Assembly (NCBI GenBank): GCA_040773965.1
Contig: JAXGVG010000001.1
Coordinates: 1 to 36,257 of the forward strand
Direction of reading: 5' to 3'
DNA length: 36,257 nucleotides
DNA from: Alphaproteobacteria bacterium
GTDB lineage: Bacteria; Pseudomonadota; Alphaproteobacteria; UBA9219
The number at the start of each line of letters is the position of its first letter. The stretch's first letter is position 1. The notes under the pieces were generated by a model. The model was not told the DNA's origin. It saw nothing but the letters and a program-made list of their open reading frames with translations, and made no database searches. A program made the translations under genes and the position numbers. Shown here piece by piece: positions 1 to 7,910 of the stretch.

Positions 1-948
1 TGGACGGATTTTTCCGGCGCGATCGGCGAAACGAAGGATTTGAAGGTTTCGGACGTTATCGACGCGCTGGACGAGGCTTTAGGTCCGCATTTCTTCCCGC
101 CGCGCGAGGACGGCACCGATCCCCGCCTTTGCGCGCTTTGCGGCAAGGGCCGGATGGGATTGAAGCTTGGCAAGTACGGCGCGTTTCTCGGCTGCTCGAA
201 TTATCCCACGTGCCGGAATACGCAGCCGCTTGCGGTGAACGGAAACGGCGACGGGAACGGAAACGGCCAGGCGATGGCGCCGCGCAACCTTGGCCTCGAT
301 CCGGCGACGAAATTGCCGGTGACGGCGCGTATCGGCCCCTATGGCGCTTATGTTCAGCTTGGCCCTGCCCCGTCGGCGGAAAAACCCGTTGAAGAAGAAG
401 GCGCGAAGAAAAAGAAAGGCAAAAAGAAAAAGGACGATACGCCAAAGCCGAAGCGCGTCTCGCTGCCCAAAGGACTTGATCCGAACCTGATTGACCTTGA
501 GACGGCGTTGAAGCTGCTCAACCTGCCGCGCGAAGTCGGAAAGCATCCCGAGTCCGGCGATATGATCACGGCGAGCATCGGGCGTTATGGCTCCTATATC
601 AAGATGGGATCGCGTTACAAGAACCTCGCGGAGGGCGACGACGTTTTGAACATCGGCCTCAACCGCGCGGTTGTTTTGCTGGCGGAACCCGACAAAGGCC
701 GTTTTGGCCGTGGTGGCGCGAAGCCCGGCAAGGCGCTCGGCGAACATCCCGGCGACGGCAAATCCGTGACTCTTAATAGCGGGCGTTTCGGCCCTTACGT
801 GAAGTGGGGCAAGGTGATGGCTACGGTGACGAAGGCCTATGATCCGGAGAATCTTACGATGGATCAGGCCGTTGAAATTCTGGCGGCGAAAGTGGCCAAG
901 GGGCCGAGCGCGAAGGGCAAGGCGAAGGGTAAAAAGGCAAAGAAGTAA
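1..948 (+). CDS. topA: DNA topoisomerase I, C-terminal part (5' end lies upstream of the window)
   Basis: Frame 1 is open from nt 1, with no stop before the TTG at 40, so the gene enters from upstream. It has a zinc-ribbon motif (CALCGKG...CSNYPTC), three topo I C-terminal repeats (GPYGAYVQLG, GRYGSYIKMG, GRFGPYVKWG) and a lysine-rich tail. Confidence 0.85.
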   Translation, partial: WTDFSGAIGETKDLKVSDVIDALDEALGPHFFPPREDGTDPRLCALCGKGRMGLKLGKYGAFLGCSNYPTCRNTQPLAVNGNGDGNGNGQAMAPRNLGLDPATKLPVTARIGPYGAYVQLGPAPSAEKPVEEEGAKKKKGKKKKDDTPKPKRVSLPKGLDPNLIDLETALKLLNLPREVGKHPESGDMITASIGRYGSYIKMGSRYKNLAEGDDVLNIGLNRAVVLLAEPDKGRFGRGGAKPGKALGEHPGDGKSVTLNSGRFGPYVKWGKVMATVTKAYDPENLTMDQAVEILAAKVAKGPSAKGKAKGKKAKK

Positions 949-1034
949 GGTTAACGCCAGATTTGAAAGAGTGCAGTCTTGAGCGGCGTTCGATTTTGTG
1001 TTTTTCTAAGAACAATTATTAAAGGAGGATAAGC

Positions 1035-1472
1035 ATGTCTGCATTTGAATGGGATTTTTTGCATGAAGTCGATTTTCCGAAACAGGTCGTTTCGTTGACC
1101 GAGGAGGAAAAGACACAGCTTGAAGCCGAGCGATCCATTCTTTCGAATGAATATATACATAAACAGTCCTTAAAATGGGGCGCCATAAACAGCGCCGGCG
1201 CGGCGGCGGTTTCCTCATTGGCCGTGCCTCTTTTGTTCGTTGCGTCCGCTCCCCTTGGTTTGATCGGCGCCGTAGGCGCGGGATGTATGGTTTGGCGTTT
1301 CGGGAAAAGCGGTTATGACGAAGCCCGGCGGATTTTGTTTGAGGTAAAAGCGGCGGTCGTTGAGGCGCTGGAAAGCGGTTCCCGGCCCCTTGAAATGCCC
1401 GGGGTATTCCCGAGACTTTCCAATGACGAAAGGAAACGCCGCTTTATAGTCAATATGCCGGGGTTTGCCTAA
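1035..1472 (+). CDS. hypothetical membrane protein
   Basis: 145-aa ORF with a strong SD (AAGGAGGA) 6 nt upstream of the ATG. It has a central hydrophobic Gly/Ala-rich stretch (AVSSLAVPLLFVASAPLGLIGAVGAGCMVW). No family recognised. Confidence 0.6.
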   Translation: MSAFEWDFLHEVDFPKQVVSLTEEEKTQLEAERSILSNEYIHKQSLKWGAINSAGAAAVSSLAVPLLFVASAPLGLIGAVGAGCMVWRFGKSGYDEARRILFEVKAAVVEALESGSRPLEMPGVFPRLSNDERKRRFIVNMPGFA

Positions 1473-1575
1473 ATCAGCCCGGCTGCGGTTTGCCGGTTGC
1501 CTGAACGAAGCGGCGCAGGCGCGTCGGATACACAGGTCTTGCCTAAGGTCTTGCGACTGATGGTATAAGGAATAT

Positions 1576-2088
1576 GTGAAAAGGTTATCCGTTCATCCCA
1601 TGCGCCGGTGTGGCGCGCCTGCCGTTATCAAGATGATACGGGCGCTGGCGGCGCATCACGGCGACGAGGCTATCATAACGGCAAAGCGTCTCGTTCAGCT
1701 TTGCATTGGTCCGCGCAAACGCGCGCGGTTGTGGGTGGCTTTCGACGGCGGAATGGCTGCCGGTTTTATTCTGGCGTACGATACAATTAATTTTGTGCGG
1801 AACAAGGCAAGCTGCCGCATTGACCTGCTTTACGTCGAGAAAAAATCACGGCGGAAGGGCGTGGCGCGGGCGTTGATAGCGGCGGTGGCCGGGGATGCCT
1901 TGTCTCGAGGCGTCAAGCGTCTTTCCGTCGATGCGGCGGCGGGGAACAAGATTTCAAATCTTTTTTACCGGCGCTCGGGTTTCATGAAGCGTAAAGACCT
2001 CTCGGTGAAGTATAGCGCCGAGGGCGCGGTCTTCCGGCGTCTGGCCAAGGTGAGAAAGAAAGGCCCGGCATATGACAGACAAAAATGA
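1576..2088 (+). CDS. GNAT family N-acetyltransferase
   Basis: Acetyl-CoA binding motif A (YVEKKSRRKGVARALI) and size typical of GNAT enzymes. The GTG start at 1576 is uncertain; ATG 1600 is an alternative. Confidence 0.72.
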   Translation: MKRLSVHPMRRCGAPAVIKMIRALAAHHGDEAIITAKRLVQLCIGPRKRARLWVAFDGGMAAGFILAYDTINFVRNKASCRIDLLYVEKKSRRKGVARALIAAVAGDALSRGVKRLSVDAAAGNKISNLFYRRSGFMKRKDLSVKYSAEGAVFRRLAKVRKKGPAYDRQK

Positions 2089-2653
2089 AGCCATGCCTGC
2101 CGCAGCAGGGCCGGTTTATTTTTTTACCGCCTCGACAACCAAGCTCATCGTCATGACGGTTTGCACGCTTGGCGTTTACGAACTGTACTGGTTTTACCGG
2201 AACTGGATATTGATACGACAAAGAACCGGGCGGAGCCTGTCGCCTTTCTGGCGCGCGACGTTCGCGCCCTTCTGGGGGTATGCCCTGTTCAGGGACATCA
2301 AAAAGGTCGCCGACGAAAACGGGATCGAGAACAACGTGTGGCCGGTTGTTCACGGGCTTGCTTTTCTTGCGCTTATGATGTTGGGGTTTGTACCGGCTTA
2401 TTCCTATCTTTGTTTTCTGGCCGTTCTTGCGCTTATTCCGGCCAATCAGGCCGCCGTGGCCGTCAACGAACAGCTTGTGCGCGGCTTTCAGCAAAATGAC
2501 AGGTTTACCACAGGAAACTGGATCGTTATGACCTTAGGGGTATTGACCATCGGCCTATGCGTTATCAGCTATATTATCGTGAAGCCGCTTTTGGATCAGA
2601 TGGCCACAATAAGATTTGACCCCAGCATGGCCCCGCCGGGGTATCAGTTTTAA
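2072..2653 (+). CDS. multi-pass membrane protein (DUF4234-like N-terminal motif)
   Basis: 193-aa ORF with 4-5 hydrophobic segments. The GVYELYWFYRNW motif resembles small DUF4234-type membrane proteins (from memory). It overlaps the GNAT gene by 17 nt. Confidence 0.6.
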   Translation: MTDKNEAMPAAAGPVYFFTASTTKLIVMTVCTLGVYELYWFYRNWILIRQRTGRSLSPFWRATFAPFWGYALFRDIKKVADENGIENNVWPVVHGLAFLALMMLGFVPAYSYLCFLAVLALIPANQAAVAVNEQLVRGFQQNDRFTTGNWIVMTLGVLTIGLCVISYIIVKPLLDQMATIRFDPSMAPPGYQF

Positions 2654-2681
2654 ACGAGCATTATCCCAATCTGGAGTTTGT

Positions 2682-4670
2682 GTGAAACACAAGCCAAAAC
2701 ATAAAGATAATAAAAACAAAAAGCACAAACGCCGCTTTCGTGAGCACTTTGAAAAGCGCTTTGCCAAGCCGAAAGAGTCCGCTGAGAAAGCCAAGGTAGC
2801 GCATCCGCCACCCACGCATGTTGTGGGCGTGATCGTGAAAAAAAGTTATGGCTGGGGTTTGTTGCCCACCGATCGGCGCGACAAAAACACCTATATCATT
2901 CGCGTTCCCGCCAAGGCCGAGCAAAAGGCGGGGGAACTTGTGGCGGCGGAGGTTTTGCCGGGCACCAAACAGGGGCGGCAGGAAATACGCATTACGCATC
3001 ATCTCGGCAATCCGGACGATGCGCGGAACGTCAGCCTGATTGCCATTCATGCGAACGAAATTCCGGACCGTTTCAGCGACGCGGCGTTGCGAGAAGCCGA
3101 AGCGGCGAAGCCGGTGATTTTAGAGGGAAGCAATCGTCAAAGTGGCGTGGGCGAGAAGCTAGGCAAAGAGAACCCCTCACCTGCAAAAACCAAGGACTTG
3201 CCTGCGCAAGCCCAGGTTTTTGCTTCCTCTCCCGCAAGGGGAGAGGGATTCTTTAAACGTACGGATTTGCGCAACATTCCGTTCGTAACCATCGACGGGC
3301 CGGACGCGCGCGATTTCGATGATGCCGTATTCGTCGAGCCGGACAAAAGCGGCGGCTGGCATTTGATCGTGGCGATTGCCGATGTGGCGCATTATGTGAA
3401 AACGGGAAGCGCGCTGGACAAAACGGCTTATGAGCGCGGGAACTCGACGTATTTTCCGGATCGCGTCGTGCCGATGCTGCCGGAGGCGTTGAGCAACGAA
3501 CTGTGTTCGCTCAAACCGCACGTCGACCGCGCGTGCATGGCGGCGCATCTGTGGCTCGACAAAGCGGGCGAGTTGACGCGCTGGCAATTCGTGCGCGGCG
3601 TGATGAAGTCCCGTGCTCGCCTCACCTATGAACAGGTTCAAGCCGCGATGGACGGCAAGCCTGACAAAACGACAGGGCCGTTGCTGGAGACTATCATCAA
3701 GCCGCTTTACGGCGCTTATAAGTGTTTGATCCAGGCGCGGTTGAAACGCGGGACGCTGGAGCTTGAATTGCCCGAGCGCAAGGTGGAGCTTGGCAAGGAC
3801 GGATTCGTCAAAGCCATCAAGGTGCGCGAGCGTTTGGAGAGTCATAAACTCATTGAAGAGTTCATGATCGCGGCGAATGTCGCGGCGGCGGCACAGTTGG
3901 AGGGTACGGGCGGCGTTTGCCTCTATCGCATTCACGACAAGCCGAACGAGATGAAGCTGACGGCGCTGCGCGATTTTCTGAATAGCCTCGGCATCAGCCT
4001 CGTTCCGGCGAAGCAACTGCATTCGCGTATGCTGACGCAGATTTTGACCAAGGCGGCAAACGGACCGCATGCGCAGGTTGTCAACGAGGTCATGCTGCGT
4101 TCTCAGGCGCAGGCGATTTACAGCCCGGACAACATCGGACACTTCGGTCTGGCACTGGCGAAGTATGCGCATTTCACGTCGCCGATACGGCGTTATGCCG
4201 ATCTGGTTGTGCATCGCGGACTTATTCGCGCCTGTAAACTAGGGGTAGATGGGTTGACGGATAATGAAATTGCACGGCTGGAGGCGATTGGCGAACACAT
4301 CTCCATGACCGAGCGCCGTTCTGCCATGGCCGAGCGCGAAGCCATCGACCGCTTTACGACGCTATTTCTCGCGGACAAGGTAGGCGCGGTATTCCCCGCG
4401 CATATCAGCGGCGTCGCGCGGTTCGGCATGTTCGTTCAACTGGATGAAACGGGCGCGGATGGGATCGTTCCGTTCAACGCCCTGCCCCGCGATTTTTATA
4501 ACTTCGATGAGAAGCGGCAGGCGCTTGTCGGCCAGCGCAGCAAGCGCACCTATCAACTGGCTATGCCCGTGAAGGTAAAGCTCGAAAAAGCCGACCGCCT
4601 CACCGGCAGCATGAGCTTTTCGATTGTGGAAGATAATATAAGGCGGCCAACCCAGAAATCAGGCCGTTAA
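2682..4670 (+). CDS. rnr: ribonuclease R (3'-5' exoribonuclease, RNB family)
   Basis: RNB core motifs (FVTIDGPDARDFDDAV, YFPDRVVPMLPE, HFGLALAKYAHFTSPIRRYADLVVHR) and a C-terminal S1 domain (GVARFGMFVQLDETGADGIV). The ORF opens at TTG 2616. GTG 2682 has GGAG 5 nt upstream and avoids overlap with the preceding gene, so it is preferred. Confidence 0.9.
   Translation: MKHKPKHKDNKNKKHKRRFREHFEKRFAKPKESAEKAKVAHPPPTHVVGVIVKKSYGWGLLPTDRRDKNTYIIRVPAKAEQKAGELVAAEVLPGTKQGRQEIRITHHLGNPDDARNVSLIAIHANEIPDRFSDAALREAEAAKPVILEGSNRQSGVGEKLGKENPSPAKTKDLPAQAQVFASSPARGEGFFKRTDLRNIPFVTIDGPDARDFDDAVFVEPDKSGGWHLIVAIADVAHYVKTGSALDKTAYERGNSTYFPDRVVPMLPEALSNELCSLKPHVDRACMAAHLWLDKAGELTRWQFVRGVMKSRARLTYEQVQAAMDGKPDKTTGPLLETIIKPLYGAYKCLIQARLKRGTLELELPERKVELGKDGFVKAIKVRERLESHKLIEEFMIAANVAAAAQLEGTGGVCLYRIHDKPNEMKLTALRDFLNSLGISLVPAKQLHSRMLTQILTKAANGPHAQVVNEVMLRSQAQAIYSPDNIGHFGLALAKYAHFTSPIRRYADLVVHRGLIRACKLGVDGLTDNEIARLEAIGEHISMTERRSAMAEREAIDRFTTLFLADKVGAVFPAHISGVARFGMFVQLDETGADGIVPFNALPRDFYNFDEKRQALVGQRSKRTYQLAMPVKVKLEKADRLTGSMSFSIVEDNIRRPTQKSGR
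3183..3246. repeat. nested palindromic element lying in frame inside rnr
   Basis: An imperfect 41-nt hairpin pairs GCAAAAACC 3183-3191 with GGTTTTTGC 3215-3223, with an inner CTTGC/GCAAG pair. It is followed by an 8-bp stem, CCTCTCCC 3226-3233 / GGGAGAGG 3239-3246. This coincides with a low-complexity protein segment just upstream of the RNB motif. Confidence 0.55.
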
Positions 4671-5075
4671 TGCTTTCTCTCTATGCTGGACAACGCGAAT
4701 AATTCTTTTTGGCGCTTTCGGGCTGCCCGCATAGATACGGGCTTTTGCACGCGCATTCCTGCATTTGAATTCGTCTTCCGGCTTTAACAATCTTTCAAGC
4801 AGCTCTTCGGCGGCGTCATTGGCCGACGTGGATACTGTTTCCAAATGACGGCTGCCCGTCAGCCCGGCGCGTATTTGAATCCCTTTAACCTCTACTTTAT
4901 CGCATTTGCCGCATTTGCATGTCATCGGAGTCGAAATAACGCGCGCATCCGGGTTTATATCGCACGCCAGCTTTTGCAGAGTCGAGTAAGTGCCAAACTC
5001 CTTTTGTCTTTTTCTATAGTCGTCGGCATACAATACTTCTTCTTTTACGGCGTTGGCCCCGGCTGTTTTATTCAT
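4659..5075 (-). CDS. hypothetical Cys-containing protein (orphan)
   Basis: 138-aa ORF with a strong SD (AAGGAG) 8 nt upstream of the ATG. It carries a CKCGKC cluster. The region is visibly AT-richer than its flanks. It converges on rnr with a 12-nt overlap. Confidence 0.55.
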   Translation of the reverse strand: MNKTAGANAVKEEVLYADDYRKRQKEFGTYSTLQKLACDINPDARVISTPMTCKCGKCDKVEVKGIQIRAGLTGSRHLETVSTSANDAAEELLERLLKPEDEFKCRNARAKARIYAGSPKAPKRIIRVVQHREKALTA

Positions 5076-5166
5076 AATAATTCTCCTTTTAAAAAGAGTT
5101 ATCGCGCACGGAACGAGCTTACAATAGTCGCTCCCGGGATAAAAGATATTTTGACGGGCCTTGTTT

Positions 5167-5655
5167 TCAGGGTTCCCGCTTCGGCGGTTCGGCTTTCGAC
5201 ACGAAACAGGCCCTTTTCGGCCTACCGGGCGCGGCGACGATCAGGTTGGCTTTGAGGGTGCTTTGGCCCATCTTCTGGGGAAGGTCGAGAAAGCGGCGCA
5301 GCAAAACGATGACCGCGCAGCATTTGCTGGAACACCGGCCCGTTAAAGGTTCCCATTTTGTGCCGTTCCAGATTTTGACTTCCGGAAGTTGAGCAACGAA
5401 GGCCGTGTTGTTGACGTTGCATTCAAGAACCGAGCCGCCGGAAATGTCTTCACCGTTTTTTTCCTCGAACTCGGAAAGCGCGTCCGTTCCGAGCGCTTTT
5501 ATCAAGGCGGCGACGGCCTGACGAGCTCCGTGATCCATTTCCTTTCCGGCCAGCCTCAGCGCCAGTTCCCGGTAATGTTTTGCGTAAAGTGTTTGTACTG
5601 CCATTGTATAAGCTCTGTATTCGAACGAAGTGAGCTTATTATTACTTTGTGTCAT
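5167..5655 (-). CDS. hypothetical protein (orphan; 3' third doubtful)
   Basis: 162-aa ORF. The first ~105 aa look protein-like and helical. The last ~55 aa (GRCSSKCCAVIVLLRRF...) look like non-coding translation, and there is no clear SD. Confidence 0.4.
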   Translation of the reverse strand: MTQSNNKLTSFEYRAYTMAVQTLYAKHYRELALRLAGKEMDHGARQAVAALIKALGTDALSEFEEKNGEDISGGSVLECNVNNTAFVAQLPEVKIWNGTKWEPLTGRCSSKCCAVIVLLRRFLDLPQKMGQSTLKANLIVAAPGRPKRACFVSKAEPPKREP

Positions 5656-5789
5656 TAAAGTGAATAAAATAAATAAACTTTTTTATAATATGGTTAAATA
5701 AGATTTATTCGTGAAAGCGTTCATCGTTTGACTTTTCTTTCGCTATAATGATACTTATCAATACCTTTCTTATCCTGAGAGATTTTCCC

Positions 5790-6929
5790 ATGTCCTGGAA
5801 CGACGACGATGGCCCCTGGGGGCCTTCCGGCAAGAAAAGCGCCGATGGCGGCCCGTCCAAGCCCGAAACCCCGTGGACCCGCAAGACCAAGGGGTCCGGC
5901 GGTCCCAATCCGGAATTGCCGCCGCCTCCCGACTGGGAGGCCATGGCCCGGAAAGCGCGGGAGTTGCTCGGGCCTTTCAAGCCAAAGGGACATGCCCAAG
6001 CCTTCATGCTCGCGCTTGGCGCATTTTTCATTCTTTGGCTGCTCAGCGGGTTTTATATGGTCGCCACGGACCAACTCGGCGTCGTCATGCGTTTTGGCGC
6101 CTTCAATCGCACCGAAATGCCGGGTTTGCGCTATCACATGCCCGCGCCGATTGAGGAAGTCTTTCTGCCCGTCGTGACCTCGCAGAACGAGATCCAGATC
6201 GGTTTTCGCCGTACGGGCCGCGGCGCGAACGAAGCGCGAAGCATCCCCCAGGAAAGCATGATGTTGACGCAGGACGAGAACGTCATCGACGTTCAGTTCA
6301 CGGTTTTCTGGCGCGTGGGAGACGTTCAGAGGTTCCTTTTCGAAATTCGCGATCCGGTTGACACCGTCAAGATGGCGGCCGAAAGCGTGATGCGCGAAGT
6401 CATTGGCCAAAACAAGCTGCAGTTCGCCCTTACCGAAGGACGCAGCCAGATCGCCGACGACGCCCGTACGCGCTTGCAAGCGTTGCTGGACGAATATCGG
6501 GCGGGAGTTCTTATATCGCAGATCAATCTGCAAACGGTTTCGGCGCCCGATGAGGTCAAGGCGGCGTTTCAGGACGTCGTGAACGCGCGGCTCGATCAGG
6601 AGCGTTTCCAGAACCAGGCGGCGGCGCATGTCAACAAGGTCATCCCCGAAGCCAAAGGTCAGGCCGCCCAGATTCTTCAGCAGGCCATGGCCTACCGCGA
6701 CCAGAAAATCGCCATCGCGACCGGCGAAGCCTCGCGATTCAGACAGGTCCTGGCCGCCTACAACACGGCGCGGGATGTGACGGCCAAAAGGCTTTATTTG
6801 GAAACGATGGAATCGATCCTCGGCAACGCGAGCAAGGTAATCGTCGAAAAAGGATCGGGATCGGGGATCGTTCCCTATTTTCCGCTGCGCGACCTTACGC
6901 GCGAGAAGGATAACGGAGGCGCACCATGA
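5790..6929 (+). CDS. hflK: FtsH protease modulator HflK (SPFH/band-7)
   Basis: The N-terminus MSWNDDDGPWGP is typical of HflK. It has a single TM segment and an SPFH domain (VVMRFGAF...MLTQDENVIDVQF). The ORF opens at 5748, but ATG 5790 matches the family N-terminus. Confidence 0.9.
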   Translation: MSWNDDDGPWGPSGKKSADGGPSKPETPWTRKTKGSGGPNPELPPPPDWEAMARKARELLGPFKPKGHAQAFMLALGAFFILWLLSGFYMVATDQLGVVMRFGAFNRTEMPGLRYHMPAPIEEVFLPVVTSQNEIQIGFRRTGRGANEARSIPQESMMLTQDENVIDVQFTVFWRVGDVQRFLFEIRDPVDTVKMAAESVMREVIGQNKLQFALTEGRSQIADDARTRLQALLDEYRAGVLISQINLQTVSAPDEVKAAFQDVVNARLDQERFQNQAAAHVNKVIPEAKGQAAQILQQAMAYRDQKIAIATGEASRFRQVLAAYNTARDVTAKRLYLETMESILGNASKVIVEKGSGSGIVPYFPLRDLTREKDNGGAP

Positions 6930-7792
6930 ATCAGCGTTTGTTGCTTTGGATCGGCGGCGTTCTTTTGGCGGTTCTGACGGTTCTGGATTCCTATTTCGTC
7001 GTCATGCAGACGGAACAGGCAATACTTTTGCAATTCCGCGAAGTCGTCAAAACCATCGACAAGCCGGGACTCCACTTCAAAATTCCATTCATTCAAAGCG
7101 TCGAGTATTTCGAAAACCGGGTACTGGCCGTCGACGCGCCGAGCCAGGAAATCATACTGGCCGAGCAAAAGCCTCTTGAGGTGGATGCCTTCACGCGCTA
7201 CCGCATCACGAATCCGCTTTTGTTCTTTCAACGCTTAAGGGACGAACGCATCGCGCATTCGCGTCTTAGCAGTCTGCTAAACGCGTCGATTCGAAGCGTG
7301 CTCGGCACAGTGAAGGCGGCGACCCTTCTCTCGACCGAGCGCGTCGCCGTCATGGGAAAGATCAAGGGTATGATGAACGACGAGGTCAAGGACTTCGGAA
7401 TCGAGATTGTCGATGTGCGCATTCGCCGCACGGACCTGCCCCAGAAAACGAGCGATGCCGTTTTTTCCCGCATGCGTTCGCAGCGTGAGCAGGAAGCGGC
7501 CCAAATTCGCGCTACCGGCAAACAGGAAGCCTTGCAGACGACCTCCGAGGCCGACAAACAGGCCGTTGTGATCGTGGCTGAAGCGCAGGGACAGGCCGAG
7601 AAGCTGAAAGGCGAAGGCGACCGCAAGGCGTTGGAAATCATGGCCGAGGCGACAAGCAAGGATCCGCAGTTCTTCGCCTTGTGGCGTTCGCTCGCGGCGT
7701 ACCGCGAGGCCTTGAAACAGGAGAACACCACCTATCTGTTAAGCCCCGACAGCGAGTTTTTCAGATATTTCAATAACGCGCCGGGACGGTAA
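6926..7792 (+). CDS. hflC: FtsH protease modulator HflC (SPFH/band-7)
   Basis: ATGA start/stop overlap with hflK. It has an N-terminal TM segment and an SPFH domain (AILLQFREVVKTIDKPGLHFKIPFIQSV). Confidence 0.9.
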   Translation: MNQRLLLWIGGVLLAVLTVLDSYFVVMQTEQAILLQFREVVKTIDKPGLHFKIPFIQSVEYFENRVLAVDAPSQEIILAEQKPLEVDAFTRYRITNPLLFFQRLRDERIAHSRLSSLLNASIRSVLGTVKAATLLSTERVAVMGKIKGMMNDEVKDFGIEIVDVRIRRTDLPQKTSDAVFSRMRSQREQEAAQIRATGKQEALQTTSEADKQAVVIVAEAQGQAEKLKGEGDRKALEIMAEATSKDPQFFALWRSLAAYREALKQENTTYLLSPDSEFFRYFNNAPGR

Positions 7793-7805
7793 GTTTTTGC
7801 AAACA

Positions 7806-7836
7806 CCCCTTGAAGGCGGGCCGTTGCGCCTTATGT
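7806..7836 (+). promoter_or_regulatory. candidate sigma-32 (RpoH) type heat-shock promoter for degP
   Basis: CCCCTTGAA (CTTGAA at 7809-7814), then a 14-nt spacer, then CCTTATGT (7829-7836). This resembles the CCCTTGAA-N13-15-CCCCATNT consensus and lies 75 nt upstream of the degP ATG. Confidence 0.45.
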
Positions 7837-7910
7837 CATAAATCAGTCAAAATCTGCGACTAGGTGTTGAGTATACGATTCGAGAGTCCAACCTAAAAAG
7901 GATCATCGCT

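Noticed and set aside
238-270. Short tandem AACGG(A/C) repeat encoding GNGDGNGNG in topA.
   Set aside because: It is only about 30 nt, sits within a linker of a conserved gene, and is consistent with ordinary low-complexity slippage. It is not a distinct element.
3177-4214. Long antisense ORFs inside well-supported genes: 3177-4214 in rnr, 5721-6629 in hflK, 18544-19260 in xthA, 25978-26964 in slt, 31177-32148 in purB, 8997-9623, and 15320-16048 in argS.
   Set aside because: They lie opposite genes with clear family motifs. Their Arg/Ala/Gly-rich composition is typical of GC-rich shadow frames, and they have no motifs or SD sequences.
5161-5346. 61-aa plus-strand ORF (TTG start) in the GC-richer patch overlapping the 3' part of the 162-aa minus-strand ORF.
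   Set aside because: It has a non-canonical start, no SD and no recognisable motif, and it cannot be distinguished from the opposite frame by eye. I noted it only as a reason to doubt the 3' end of the minus-strand ORF.
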